Positions 51,018 to 64,000 are shown, counted from the first letter of the stretch. The stretch: DNA of 64,000 nt from Callorhinchus milii (GCF_018977255.1 NW_024704743.1:86678001-86742000), one strand, 5' to 3'. The notes: generated by a model from the sequence alone, not told the origin. Program-made: numbers and translations.

Positions 51018-51847
51018 CGTCTCAGTGTACGGTTGGACTGCTTGCAGCATGGTCACACTATGTTTAATGTAAGTACGATCCACTTGTGATTGCTGCTGCT
51101 GACTGACTGGTATCCTACTCAGGCCTCCCAGTGTCAGCAGCATCAAAGCAGTGTGGCCTTATGATGCCATCAATGGCGTCCTGACCCAGGAGTCATGACC
51201 CTGAAACTCTTTTGCATCTACATTTTTGTCACCACTGTCAGACCTCCTTGGCATTAAGCAGCATATTATTCTCTAGAAAAAGAGCAAAGCTAAAAGCATA
51301 TTCTGAACTCATTAGAGTGTTGAGTTCAGGCTGTTTTTCTTTTGGCAGAAACAGTTACACCCAAGTCTCCTACACACACACACACACATACACACACTCA
51401 CTACAGTGCTCAATGAGTCAGTAGAAAAGGAAGCATGAGCTGAGTGCACAGTTGATTTGGGCTCAGCTTAAGTTTTGGCAGAGGATCTGCAAAAAGTCAA
51501 CTGGTTTGAAAGTGTGATTTATGCAACCTGGAGTAAGATGTAGACAATACTGAAAGATGGAAACAATTTTTTCTCCCTTTCTATTTTTCTTCCTTCCACT
51601 TTAGCCAGACTGAAAGGTCAGTATGTGACCTGCCTCCAGCTGCCTCAGTCAGATCCCTCCGTAACTGACTCTTCAAGTCTGATGGCACCCACATAGATAT
51701 CTTGTGATGTGACTTGAACATCCCTGCCCCACACATTGAAACAACTGATGCATGGTGACCTCCTGATATACATGAAGACCACATAATATATATGCTAACC
51801 ACTGATACATGGGGTCCACTAATGTACAAGGTCCACTAATGCATTGT

Positions 51848-54737
51848 AATTGACCTCACCATCAAGGAAAATATCGACATCCTCGCCCTCACTGAAACCT
51901 GGGTCACCCCAAACGACACCTTCCCACGAGTTAAGGCCACACCTCCAGGTTACACCTTCCACCAAACCCCACGGCCTAATCACCATGGCGGCGGTGTGGC
52001 TCTCATCTCCCGGTCCCCCCTCAGCCTTTCCCCTTACTCCTCCAGAATCTTCCCCTCCTTTGAACACCTTACCTTTTACCACCCCTCCAGGCTTTCCTTC
52101 AAAATCCTCCTTGTTTACCGTCCCCCCAAGTCTTCCCCCACCTTCCTCTCAGACATCTCCACCTTCCTATCCTCCCTCTCCCTCTGCTCTGAACGCCTCC
52201 TTATCTTAGGCGACTTCAACCTCCACTCCACCCCCTCCTGCTGTACCTCTACCGACTTCTCCTCCCTCCTCTCTTCCCTCAGCCTCTCCCTCCTCATCCA
52301 CTCCCCCACCCACGTCCGTGGCTACCCCCTTGACCTGGTGATCACCCGAGGCCTAACATTCTCGGACATCATCATCGTCAATAAAGCCATCTCGGACCAC
52401 CACTTAATCTCCCTCAACACCTCAGTACCCCCTCCCCTTTCCCAACCCTCCACCATCACATACTTTCCATGGAAAAAAATTTCCTCCCTCTATCTCTCCA
52501 CTGCCCTGGAGTCATCTGAACTCCTACACCTCTAGCCCTCACTGACTGATCTCCCCTCCTCACTCTCCTTTCTCCACAACTCCCTCTCCTCCATTCTGGA
52601 CTCACTTGCCCCCTCACCTCCCATACTGCCTCTACTTCCGTAAATCCCCCTGGTACACCAGCCATCTCCGTTCCCTCAAGGTACAAGTGCGAGTTGCTGA
52701 ACACGCCTGGACCAAATCCAAACTAACGGTCCATCGGCAGATTTGGCTTCACCACACCAAGACCTACTGCTGTGCTCTTGTCTCCGCCAAATCCTCCTTC
52801 TACTCCAAGATTATCTTGGAGGCAAAGGACAACCCCCGGATTCTCTTCTCCACTACTAACCATCTCCTCCATCCACTTTCCCATACCTCGCCCATCCTCT
52901 CCTCAACCTCCAACTGCAAGGAGATGCTGGACTTCCTCAAATCTAAAATCAAGGGGATACGCTCAGCCACCTCAGCCCCGTCCACAGCTACACCCGCATC
53001 ATCTCTCCCTCATGACACACTCCCCACCCATCCTGCCCTATACTCCTTCGACCCTATCTCTCCCTCCTCCCTCATCACGACTATCCCCAAATTCAAAGCC
53101 ACCACCTGCTCCCTTGATCCTATCCCCACCTCTCTCCTTGTCTCCCAGCTCCACCTTCTGGCCCCCCTCCTGTCCGATGTCATCAACTTCTCCGTGTCCA
53201 TCGGTTCAGTTCACACCCCCCTAAAAACAGCCGTCATCACCCCCATCCTGAAAAAAACTTCCCTGGATCCATTCCTCCTCTCCAGGTACCGCCCCATCTC
53301 TAACCTCCCATTCCTCTCCAAGGTCCTGGAATGAGTCAACATGTCCCAGCTCCACTCCTTTCTCTCCCGCCATTCTCTCTTTGAACCCCTTCAATCTGGC
53401 TTCCACGCTGCCCATAGCACAGAAACAGCCCTGGTCAAAGTCACTAATGACATTCTGAACATCTGTGATCAGGGCTCCGTCTGCCTCCTTGCCCTCCTTG
53501 ACCGCTCTGCCGCCTTCAACACTGTCGACCACTCCATCCTCATACACCGCCTCTCTGCTTTATTCAATCTTCATGGATCTGGCCTTGCCTGGTTTGATTG
53601 CTATCTCTCTCACTGTCTCCACTTTGTTACTTCTAACGGTTTCTCATCCAGCCCCGCACTGTCACATCTGGCGTCCCCCAGGGCTCTTTCCTTGGCCCTC
53701 TCCTCTTTAATATCTACATGCTCCCCCTTTGGTGACATCATCCACAGACATGGGGTCAACTTCCACAGTATGTGGATGACACCCAACTCTATCTTTCTGC
53801 CTTCACCCTCAACTCCAGGACCACCGCTGTCCTGACTGACTGCCTGTCGGATATCAAGTCCCAGATGAGGACAAATTTCCTACAGTTGAACATGAACAAG
53901 ACTGAGGCCCTCCTGATTGGTTCACGCCAATGCCTCTGCACCTCAGGCTCTGGCAACATCAACCTCCATGGTTGCACACTTCAACTCACCGCCAGTCAGG
54001 AACCTAGGTATCTTGTTCGACCCTCAACTGTTTTTTCTTCCCCACATCCAAGCCATGACCCACTCTGCCTTCCCTCACCTCCGTAACATCGCCCGACTCT
54101 GCCACTATCTCACTCCTCAGGCCGCTGAAACTCTTGTTCATGCCTTTATCACCTCCAGGCTCGACTATGCAAACTCCCTGCTTGTCAGCCTTCCCAACTC
54201 CTTCCTCCACAGGCTGCAGATAATCCAGAACTCTGTAGCCCGTGTCTTCTCCCGCACCAAACTCCGTGACCCCATCTCCCCCACTCTCGCCCGACTCCAC
54301 TGGCTCTCTATCCTTCAGAGGATCCAGTTCAAGATCCTGGTCCTCATCTACAAAGCCCTCCATGGCCTCACCCCACCCTACCTCTGCGACCTCCTAACCC
54401 CCTACCAACCCGCCCATTCCTTCCGCTCAGCCGGCTCTGGCCTGCTCCACGTTGCCCGACCCACCCGCCCCACCATTGGTGGGAGAACCTTCAGCCACTC
54501 TGCCCCCAACCTCTGGAATTCCATCTCCAGGTCACTCCACCTCACCCCCTCCTTAGCCTCCTTCAAGTCCCGCCTCAAGACCCTCCTCTTCGACCATGCC
54601 ATCGGCCACCCCCCTTCCCTTCCCCTCCCTTCCCCTCCCGACCCCAGTTTAGGTCTGAAATGCTGTACTCTGTCCAGCACCTTGGGACATCCTCCCGACG
54701 TGAAAGGCGCTATACAAATGTAATCTTGTTGTTGTTG
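51848..54737 (+). mobile_element. Near-complete ORF2 of an L2-clade LINE (APE endonuclease + reverse transcriptase + 3' tail), inactivated by stops/frameshifts, antisense to ZFPM2
   Basis: DILALTETW, ILGDFN and SDHH (APE); YRPISNLPFLSKVLE, QSGF, HSTETAL, DDTQLY and SRLDYANSLL (RT and C-terminus); tail gggacatcctcccgacgtgaaaggcgctatacaaatgtaatc(ttg)n. Confidence 0.95.
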
Positions 54738-55117
54738 TAATTCATTGTCGTGCAAGATAAGCACTGAAGCATAGTGGCTGCTTGTAATACCACTTTTAAT
54801 ACATCCTGGTTTGCCTTCATAAATTCAGAACTCACATTCTAATGAAGCACGAAAAAAAAGTAACCATCAGTCAGGGTTTCAGGCACGTCAGATCTTCGCT
54901 GATGTCAGCTTTTGATGGTTGACCCACATGCGGGAAACAATGTTCATGTCACTTCCTATGTAAAGCAACATCAGTGGTGTTTCATGGGCAACGTGCACAA
55001 AAGACTGGAAGCCAGAAGTATATAACAATGGCTCCCAGAGCAACTACACTATATGTGGACTCGTACTATAATGAAGTGAGTTATAATGAGACACTAGTAT
55101 ATGTACCCACTTTAAAT

Positions 55118-55540
55118 TTACATTCATATAACACCTTTCATGTTGGGAGGGCATCCCAAAGTGCTTAACAGTACTGGCAGAACAGCCAAACTGGGGGTGG
55201 GAGCCAAGTGGGCGGGGAGGGGAGGGGAATGACTGAAAGTGCGGTCATAGAGATTGGTTTTGATTCCTGACTTTGAACGATATGATTGAAGGAACGAGTT
55301 GGAGGGACACCGGGATGGAGATCCAGAGAGCGGGGACAGAAAGCCCACCCACAAATGGTGGGATGGATAGGGTGGAGGATATATAGCACGCTGCTGCTCA
55401 CTGAGTGAAGGGAGTGACCCAGGTTTGAGGAGGTCGCGGTGGTAGGGTGGGGCGAGACTGTGAAGATTTAAAGGTGAGGACCAGGATCGTGAACTTGATC
55501 TTCTCGGGGATGGGGAACCAATAGATCTGAGCAAGCATGG
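55118..55540 (-). mobile_element. Degenerate L2 3' fragment
   Basis: Reverse L2 tail at 55118-55165 and homology to the HWLP...FKILV coding region. Confidence 0.75.
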
Positions 55541-55595
55541 GAGTGATAGACTTGCAGAGCTTTCTATCACACTGTCACATTTGTAATACATAGTA

Positions 55596-55700
55596 GCCTG
55601 ACCATTTCCCCCTTGCTCGGGTCCTGACCCAACTGTACAGCGCCTTGGGACGTCCTCCCAATGTGAAAGGCGCTCTATAAATGGAATCTTGTTGTTGTTG
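55596..55700 (+). mobile_element. Short L2 3' tail
   Basis: gggacgtcctcccaatgtgaaaggcgctctataaatggaatc(ttg)n. Confidence 0.85.
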
Positions 55701-55825
55701 TAGCCATATTTGATGCATGTAACACATGGATGAAGACTTGTAACATGCAGCAATCACTCATAACAAGGAGTGACCGTTGGTAATCTTGGTGGCTGCTTCT
55801 TACGAGCAGTGACCACTGTACTCCA

Positions 55826-56125
55826 TGATAATAATAATAATAATCCTTGCATTTGATACAGCGCTTTTCACGTCTTCTAGATGTCTCAAAGCGCTTCACA
55901 GAATAGACTGTAAAGTGAATTGACTGCATATTTGTGGACGAAATGCGGCAGCCAATTGCGCACAGCAGTGTCCCACAAACATCGTGAATTGAAATGGCCA
56001 GTTTATTATTTTTTTTGAGGGATTACTATCAGGAGTGTGGAGTAGGGAAACTTGCCCAAGGTTTCACCTTGCCAGGAGGTCTCTCTTGCAAAGCGAGTGC
56101 TCTAACCACTGAGCTACAGGACTAC
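55826..56125 (-). mobile_element. tRNA-derived SINE, same short subfamily
   Basis: Colinear with 23432-23756 but with the B box deleted. Confidence 0.88.
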
Positions 56126-57149
56126 AGGATGGTGATGACTTGTAACAAGCAGTAGCTACTTGCAATCCATAGTAATTACTTGTAATGCAATGTCTTGTTC
56201 AAAAATATAAAAGTAAGAAAAAAACAATGAGTTGGAATAATTGACAAGCTCCAGGAATGTACATCCTGAAAACTTCAGACAACTATCATTCATTGCCATT
56301 ACGAAAGTGAACTCAGCAATCACAAGACTCACACTGTACTTATTAATATTTAAAGCAGAGAAATAATGTAGACCTAATAATAACACCCTTTATAACAGCA
56401 TGGAGCATCTTTGCCTGAGCATTTCACGCTAAAGACTGTACCTTTTAAGTTTCTGACCTTCTTTGTTTAAGTACCTGCACAGTTTGCAAAGCTTATACAT
56501 GGTATGTTTGATAACACAGCAGTCTCTCAATTCTAAAATTGCATTAAATTAAAAAAAACCATAATAATTTGCAGTAGCAATCTAACATTTTTTTACGCAC
56601 ACAGCTTTGAATATATTTCTGAAGTCGTGTCTTCTGAAGTCCATTTTGTTCCAGCAATTTCTTTGCACATGCAAATGTGCTGGGGTTGGTGTGGGGGGAG
56701 GGAGAGAGGGAAATTATAAATGTATATCACATTTCCTTAAGGCTCTGATCTCAATTTAGCCTGGTCTGTGCTATCGCAGATGATTTCCGGTAACGAAGAC
56801 TGCGGAACCACCTCAGGGTAGTGCCACACAAGCCAGCAGCATGGTATTCAGCAAGAGCTAGCTATGTGGTCTGAATCCCAAAGTAAGGTTGTCGGGTAAC
56901 CTATCAATGACCTGGCGGGCATCACTTCCTGAACCTAATAAAGGTCTTTAATTAAATAAAAATGAATTTGCTATTTCTTTGAGTGCGGTTTTTTAGTGCA
57001 ATTCCCCGCATCTGTATTCTCTGCTGTTAACCATGTTAATGCTCGTGCTACAGGAAACTGGAGCCTGAATTTACAGCCAACTGGAATTAGGAGAATAAAG
57101 TGCAAACAGGTGGACTCCAAATACTACATGGATCCTGGGGCAATCGACA

Positions 57150-58326
57150 GATGATACGTTAAACCGAGTTCCCATCTGTCTGTTCAGGTGGATGCTAAAG
57201 ATCCCATGGCACTATTCAAAAAGAGAATGGAATTTTTTCCGATCTCCTGGACAACAAATTCCCCAAATAAAATTGGTCACTCAATTTTTGATCTATATAA
57301 ATGACCTGGACTTGGGTATAGAGAGTACAATTTCTAAGTTTGCAGATGATACTAAGCTAGGAAAAGTAGTAAACAGTGAGGAAGATAGTAGGAGACTGCA
57401 AGAGGACATAGACAGAGTTTAATGTGGAGAAATGCAAAGTGATGCATTTTGGAAGGAAGAATGAAGAGAGACAATAAAAGCTGATGGTACAATCGTAAAG
57501 AGGGTGAAGGAACAGAGAGACCTGGGGGTTCATATAAGTAAATCTTTGAAGGTGGCAGGACAGGTAGATAAAGCTGTTAAAAAAGCATACAGGATACTAG
57601 GCTTTATAAATCGGGGCATAGAATACAAAAGTCAGGAACTTATGAATGACCCTTTATAAAACACTGGTTAGACCTCAGCTAGAGTACTGTGTTCAGTTCT
57701 GGGTACCACACTTTAGGAAGGATGTCAGGACATTGGAGATGGTGCAAAGGAGATTTACCAGGATGGTACCAGGAATGATGGACTTCAGTTATCAGGAGAG
57801 GCTAGAGAAGCTAGGATTATTCTCCTTGGAGCATAGAAGGTTAAGGGGAGACATCATGAAAGTTTTCAAAATTATGAGGGGATTCAGTAGGGTGAACATG
57901 AAGAAACTATTTCCACTGGCAGTAGGGTCAGTAACCCGACGGCACCGATTTAAAACATTGTTAAAAGAAACAGAGGGGCGGTGAGGAGAAATGTTTTCAC
58001 CCAGCAAGTTGTTCGGATCTGGAATGTATAACCTGAAAGGGTGGTGGAAGCTGATTCTGTAACAACTTGTAAGGGAGAAGTTGATAATTATTTAGGGAGG
58101 CCAATGGGGAGAGAGCGGGGGAGTGGGATTGATTTGGATAGTTCTTTTCAAAGAGCCATCACAGACACGATGGGCTGAATGGTCTCCTTCTGTGTTGTAT
58201 AATTCTATGATTCTATGACTCACTCCAAGGCTGTTTGTGGGACACTGCTGTGCTCAGTTGTGCTTTACCCACAAAATACACAGTCAATCCACTTTACAGT
58301 AAGGGTTATTATTATTATTTATTATC
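57150..58326 (+). mobile_element. Deu-type SINE split by CR1 (halves 57150-57283 and 58218-58326)
   Basis: aaagatcccatggcactattc...aaaattggtcactca | actcactccaaggctgtttgtgggac reconstructs the SINE body. Confidence 0.8.
57284..58217 (+). mobile_element. 5'-truncated CR1 LINE inserted in a Deu-type SINE
   Basis: YINDLD...SKFADDTKLG and LYKTLVRPQLEYCVQFW...RLEKLGLFSLE; (ATTCTATG)2 tail; flanked by actca/actca. Confidence 0.93.
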
Positions 58327-59839
58327 TTACAACATGCATGTGTCACCTCAAGAATTTTGTATCCATGTTTACATATTGTGGGTTTGTGTTTGTAACCAAA
58401 AATCACAAATAACGGAATCTCATGAGTGAGTGTCTGGTGGGGCTCACAGTTGTAAAACTGAGGGTATCATATTAGGGTCTCTGTGCTGTATTGGTGCTAT
58501 CAAATTTATGCACTTTGCATTATTTTTTGTTGAAACATTGAGGTGGCAATAGCAATGCTTTTCAACAGATTTGATATGTTATTGAATTTATTAAGAAACC
58601 TAGCAATTTCCAGTCAATTTCTATAATAATCCTTTAAATTAATATAGCACCTTTCACGTCATGAGGATGTCTCAAAGCACTTTACATGATTTACTATTAA
58701 ATAGTATTATTGAACCCACAACCTTCTGACTCAGAGGTGAGAGTGTTACCAACTGAGCCAGGCTGACATATACTACAAACTGAAAAATGGAGGAGGTGGA
58801 GATATGAAATTATAGTGGTTGAGCTCGAAGCCGATCTAAAGATTTCACTACTATTGTTAAAAAAGCTAGCACTACAAAAGCCAACCATGAACTTTCAGCA
58901 ATATTTTTCAGGATATTCACTTATCTTAATTTAGTGAATTTTAGACTTGAAAAGCCATCTTGTTGCAGCAAATGAGACTATTCTGCCTTCAATTTGTAAG
59001 ACTGGCGAAAGCTATGGAAATGTTCCATTTCAGTCTTCACCTAGAAGCTGCCTTTTTGCTGTTCTTAAAAGATCCAGGTAGAATTTCAGACTTCTTGTAG
59101 GTTCACGGATGTTTCTCTCTGGAGCTACGCTCAGATACCAATGCCACTTTCTGGAACACAACAGCTGAGCGGAGATCCCGAGGCTCAGCCAGCCTGAGAC
59201 ACATACCGGAACCTGCAAGATTCACTAGTTTCAAATCAATTTGCAAATGAGACCCGAGGGAGCATCGGATATGCCTATGTTTGTATTGACTGCAATTTCA
59301 TGCTAGTCTCCAGATCATTATAATAGTAATATACCTTGCATTTGATATGGCACTTTTCATGTCAGGAGCACGTCTCAAAGTGCTTCACAGGATTTTTACT
59401 GTAGAATACAGTGAATGTTAAATTACAGGGGCCAATTGGAGCACAGAAATGCCCCACAAACTGCTGGAAAGTGAAAGATCAATTTTTTTTTATCTGGGTG
59501 ATTGTCAGCCCGGACATTAGGAGAAAAACCTTCTCTTCTGAATAGTGCCATGGGATTTTTAACATTTACCTGAACTAGGAAACGTAACCTGGGTTTAATG
59601 AATTCCAGTTTGGGACATTCAAGATGGCATTGTACCTCCAAAGCTGCATTGGGGCGTCCTCTCAACGTGAAAGGCACTATACAAATGTAATCTTATTGTT
59701 GTTGTTGCATTGGGATTATCAGCCTAGACTATATGGTTCGAAGTCCTGATGTGGGGTTTGAATACACAACCATCTTATTCAGAGGCGAGACTGCTACCAA
59801 TTGAGCCAGTCTGACAATTAGGTAACACAAATTAATAAA

Positions 59840-60230
59840 GTTCATAGTACAGTAGGAAGAGAAAAGGCCATTTATGCCACTTTCTCCATCACCTGAAGAT
59901 GTTTTAAAGGGGACCTCTCTATAAAACTTTAAATGGGATTGAAAAAGTAAACCCAAATACTACTTTTGGATGCACTGGGCAGTAGAACAAGTGGACATAC
60001 GGTTGGAATTGCAAGGGCAAATTCAGGACAGATACTATGAAGCTTTTCTTTTCAGTGTTCATTAACAACTGGAAGAGATTGCCAGAAAGGGTGATTGAGG
60101 CCAGTACACTGAACTCCCGTAAAAAAGCAGCTTGGTGCTGTGATGGGAGGAGTGTAGGGTGGGTGGGTGTTCTGGAGGCACAAGATGAGATGGACCGAAT
60201 GGCCTTTCTCATCCAAATCTCTCTTCTGAT
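59840..60230 (+). mobile_element. Old CR1 3' fragment
   Basis: FFSVFINNWKRLPERVIEA motif and a tggaccgaatggcctttctc 3' end. Confidence 0.7.
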
Positions 60231-60474
60231 TTTATCCTTAACACATCCGTCTTAAAATCCACGCTGACTAAAATCAAAATGAATTCAAACTATTGATGCT
60301 GCAGGGAACATGGTAAAGGTGGGGGTGATTAGTGGTAAATAAACAAGTGGCAGAGTGCCCAACTGGGGTGCTCAAGTTCATCTCTCAAAGCTCTGACTGA
60401 TTGTTACATGGTCTGTTGAGTTTCTGCTCTGGCCACATCCATCAATTTTTAAAAAAATCGACAATAATAATGAC

Positions 60475-61440
60475 ACAATTAAACTTGTAAAGCACCTTTC
60501 ACATCGGGAGGACGACCCAAGGCCCTGAACAGTCAGAGATCAGAACCCAAGCGTGGGAGGGGGCAGGGTTGGGATGAGGGAGGGCAGATAGGTTGGAGGG
60601 AGGCTGAAGGCACCATCGAAAAGGAGGGTCTTGAGTCATGGCTTGAAGGAGGCAAGGGAGAGAGCAAGGAAGGGATTGCGGGATGGAGTTCCAAAGGGTG
60701 GGGTCAGAGAGGCTGAAAGTCCAGTTGCCGATGGTAGGGCACTTCGGGTAGGAGACATGGAGCAGGTCAGAGCCTGCTGAACAGAGGGAGTGGACAGGTT
60801 GATAGGGGTCAGCAAGTCAAAGATGTAGGAGGGGGCAAAGCCATGGAGGGCCTTGAAAGTGAGGATGAGCTTTTTGAATTCTATCCTCTGAGGGATGGGG
60901 AGCGAGTGGAGCCGGGTGAGGGTTGGGGTGATGGGGTCACAGAGCCTGGTGTGGGAGAGGACATGAGCTGCAGAGTTCTGGATGATCTGCAGCTTGTGGA
61001 GGGAAGAATTGGGGAGGCTGACAAGTAGGGAGTTTCCGCAGATGAGCCTTAAGGTGACGAATGCGTGTATGAGGTTTTCGATGACCTGAGGGTTGAGGCA
61101 GTGGTGGAGTCGGGCAATGTTGCGGAGGTGGGAGAAGGCAGAGTGGGTCATGGCACGGATATGGGGGAGAAAGGACAGTTGAGGGTCGAATAAGATGCCC
61201 AGGTTCTGACTGGCTTGGTGATGTGGAGTCTGCATCCGTGGATGCTGATGCTGCCAGTGCCAGGTGCGGAGGCACTGGCACAAATCAATCAGTAGGGCCT
61301 TGGTCTTGCTCACATTCAGATGTAGAAAGTTGCCTCTCATCCAAGACGTGGTGTCTGACAGACAGTCTGTCAGGAAGTCAGTTGTCCTGGAATTGAGGTT
61401 GGAGGCAGAGAGATAGAGTTGGGTGTCACCCGGATACATG
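60475..61440 (-). mobile_element. 5'-truncated L2 LINE (from the RT YADD region to the tail)
   Basis: The 272-aa ORF contains GDTQLYLS...NLGILFDPQLSF...RIEFK; L2 tail at 60475-60525. Confidence 0.92.
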
Positions 61441-61476
61441 TGGATGACATCCACATGTGGATGACATCCACATGTA

Positions 61477-61670
61477 CAACAACAACAACAAAATTACATT
61501 TATAGAGCTTCTTTCACATCGGGGGGATGTCCCAAGGCGCTGGACAGTCAGGGCTCAGGGCCCGAGCATGGGGGAGGGGTAGGGTAGGGGTGAGGGAAGG
61601 CAGAGAGGTGGGAGGGCGACCGAAGGCACGATCGAAGAGGAGGGTCTTGAAGGAGGCAAGGGAGGAAGCA
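61477..61670 (-). mobile_element. L2 3' tail fragment
   Basis: (aac)n aaattacatttatagagc...gtcccaaggcgc; similar to 28905-29130. Confidence 0.85.
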
Positions 61671-62254
61671 AGGCAAAGGAAAATATCAGCAGGACAAGGA
61701 AGATATATATTGTGTGTGGGTGTTGAAGACAACCTGCTCAGACACACACAAACACTCACCAATGCACAAACACACACGAGTGCATATTGCATACTACACA
61801 CACAAATACACACACACAGCTGTGATCCTGATAATCAGGACCATTTGGCAGCCCAATGATGGATAAATATGTAGGGGAAAAAGTTCCTTGGAATCAAATA
61901 TCCCTTTCACCATCCTGTCCAATTACAACTACTCCAACCCTGCATTGACTTTTTTTGATGGACTTCTTCCTCTCCTTCAAAACAATGGCCATTCGAGACC
62001 AGCTGGTATTTATTGAGACACAATGAGAAAGGGCATGTCAAGGCAGTAGCAGGAGCTCTTTGGCATTCAAGGCCTGAAATTCCACCTAATTTTAACTGGC
62101 AAGGCCATAATTAAGGCTTCTACATTAAGACCGAAGTAACAATTGCTTCGCCATTACGCATTATTTCAGACTTTAAATGGTGTTACAGACTGAGCTCAGG
62201 AGTAATTGCAGACTTGCCATCTTAACACCAAAGTTGGACTGGCTGGAAAAGCTT

Positions 62255-62905
62255 CAACAACAACAAGATTCCATTTATAGAGCGCCTTTCACGTTGGGGG
62301 GACGTCCCAAGGCGCTGTGCAATTGGGTCAGGACCCGAGCAGGGGGGAAATGGTCAGGGTGAGGGGAGGGAAGGGAGGGAGCGAGGAGGGGGTAGAGAGT
62401 CGAGAGGGGAGCTGAAGGCACAGTCAAAGAGAAGGGTCTTGAGACCGGCCTTGAAGGCGGAAAGGGAAGAAGCAAGGTGAAGGCACTGGTGGATAGAGTT
62501 CCAGAGCCTAAGGGCTGAGAGGCTGAAGTCCCGGCCACCGATGGTAGGGCGGTTGGGGCGGGGGATGTGGAGCAGACCGGAGCCAGAGGAACGGAGGGTA
62601 CGTGCAGGTAAGTAGGGGGATAGTAGGACGGAGAGGTAGGAGGGAGCAAGGCCGTGAATGGCCTTGTAGGTGAGGATGAGGATCTTGAATTCGATCCTCT
62701 GGGGGATGGGGAGCCAGTGGAGGCGAGCGAGGGTGGGAGTGATGTGGTCCTGGTGCGGGACAGTACACGAGCTGCAGAGTTCTGAATGAACTGCAGCTTG
62801 TGGAGGGAGGTGCCGGGAAGGCCGGCGAGGAGAGAGTTCCCATAGTCCAGCCTTGAGGTGACAAAGGCGTGGACCAGAATTTCAGCAGTGTGAGGGGTGC
62901 TGCTG
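62255..62905 (-). mobile_element. L2 3' fragment (younger subfamily)
   Basis: AEILVHAFVTSRLDYGNSLLAGLP ORF, CpG-rich, intact tail. Confidence 0.92.
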
Positions 62906-63324
62906 ACATCGTTCACTCTGAGATTGAAAAGTATTCCACCAGAAAACAGCATTGTAAATAACACTGAGCCAGAACAAAGTTCCTTGGGATGTAAAGTGTA
63001 CGTAACACATGTAAAATGTAAAATCCCTCCAAGGATTTCATGTAAGTCAAGGCAATGCACGTAAACTCAACGATAACTGGATATGCTCCAGGAGCTGATT
63101 TCTGCATGGGGTTCCCTGAAGGAAATGCACTTTATTTTCCCAGGCACTAATTATACTGCTGTTTTTTCTGACAATCACTTGCTGACACTATGCGGTGCTC
63201 ATTCTAGTATCCTGACTAAAATGTACAGAAACCTACCAGCGTAAGACCAAATAGTAATCAGGCAGCTCTGATATGAGCCTCTCTGGTTATGCAGTAAGCC
63301 ATGTGATTGCTAACCGCTGACTTC

Positions 63325-63563
63325 CCCCAGCCTCCCATCTCTCCCTCCCATAGCTCCCTCTGCCTCGCCCCCTCCTTTGCCTCCTTCAAGACCCATCTCA
63401 AGACCCTGCTCTTCGACTGTGCCTTCGATCACCCTCCGTCCTCCCTCCTCTCCACCCTACCCGATCCGGATCCCCAGCTTGGGTCCGAAACACTGACTGT
63501 CCAGCGCCTTGGAACGTCCTCCCTACGTGAAAGGCGCTATACAAATGTAATTTTGTTGTTGTT
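63325..63563 (+). mobile_element. L2 3' tail fragment
   Basis: SFKTHLKTLLF coding remnant plus acgtgaaaggcgctatacaaatgtaattttgttgttg. Confidence 0.88.
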
Positions 63564-64000
63564 GGTCATAACCATCTTGAACCTCCCAATATGTTCAGCA
63601 TTTCACATGGAGGGCAATCTGTAAAACGGACCCCACCTCATCTCCTCTTAGCTGATTACAAGCTAACATTCATAATAAAATTTCCCCGAGCATACGTCCA
63701 GTGCATTACCTGGTAGGGAGAGGATTCATCCCATTCAAACATAAATCTGTAAAAAATACACTTTATGGTGGACAATATACAAGGATCGTCAATGACTTTG
63801 CTCAGTCCAGTGACAAGGGCATGTGCGCAAACAGCCAGATGATTCCTTAGTGCGTGTGTAAGTTGTACATAGTATTTTCTGATCCAATGCAATCCTTTGA
63901 AATGTGATCAACATTTTGATAATGCAGCACAAAATTCAGCAGCATTCACAAGATTACAAGTGGAGTTGCAGCCTGTGATTTTTATTTGCTGTTCTTGCAG

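Larger units (their letters stand above)
41048..64000 (-). other. ZFPM2: 3' part of a large ZFPM2 intron (>=22.9 kb); upstream exons lie outside the window
   Basis: I could not recognise an exon encoding the preceding FOG2 peptide. The region is repeat-dominated, and the orthologous mammalian intron is known to be very long. Confidence 0.8.

Noticed and set aside
50880..51020. Hammerhead ribozyme in the palindromic element
   Set aside because: No CUGANGA...GAAA core is present in this copy; only the arms remain.
51848..54737. Active autonomous LINE
   Set aside because: In-frame stops (e.g. 52533-52535, 53332-53334), frameshifts, a damaged YADD motif and no ORF1 or 5'UTR.
41048..64000. Upstream ZFPM2 exon (exon 5 equivalent)
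   Set aside because: No segment encoding the expected peptide with matching splice sites was found by eye; it probably lies beyond the window.
1..64000. CRISPR arrays, operons, rRNA or other prokaryote-type systems
   Set aside because: The sequence is intron-containing vertebrate DNA; its repeats are dispersed retroelements, not regularly spaced arrays.

Overview
Vertebrate genomic DNA, most likely a cartilaginous fish (inferred from the repeat families: L2 with (TTG)n tails, CR1, tRNA-derived and Deu-type SINEs, and a shark-type palindromic element). The only protein-coding gene I can support is the 3' half of ZFPM2 (FOG2) on the minus strand. Three coding exons are present: 40841-41047, 38911-39135 and 32376-34882, equivalent to human exons 6-8. 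All have canonical GT-AG junctions, and together they encode the end of the PR-like domain and all eight zinc fingers. A ~1.1 kb 3'UTR follows. Positions 41048-64000 are one large intron (no upstream exon found), and 1-31000 is a gene-free downstream region. Both are filled with retroelements, several of them nested, plus some repeat-free blocks that look like enhancers. The most unusual observation is a 46-nt inverted copy of exon-6 coding sequence 120 nt inside the upstream intron, which would fold the pre-mRNA into a duplex looping out the 3' splice site. Also notable are a 49-bp intronic hairpin, a fold-back MITE, two unidentified ancient repeat families, and a young SINE subfamily carrying the L2 3' stem-loop. 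No prokaryotic features. Repeat boundaries are approximate (read by eye).
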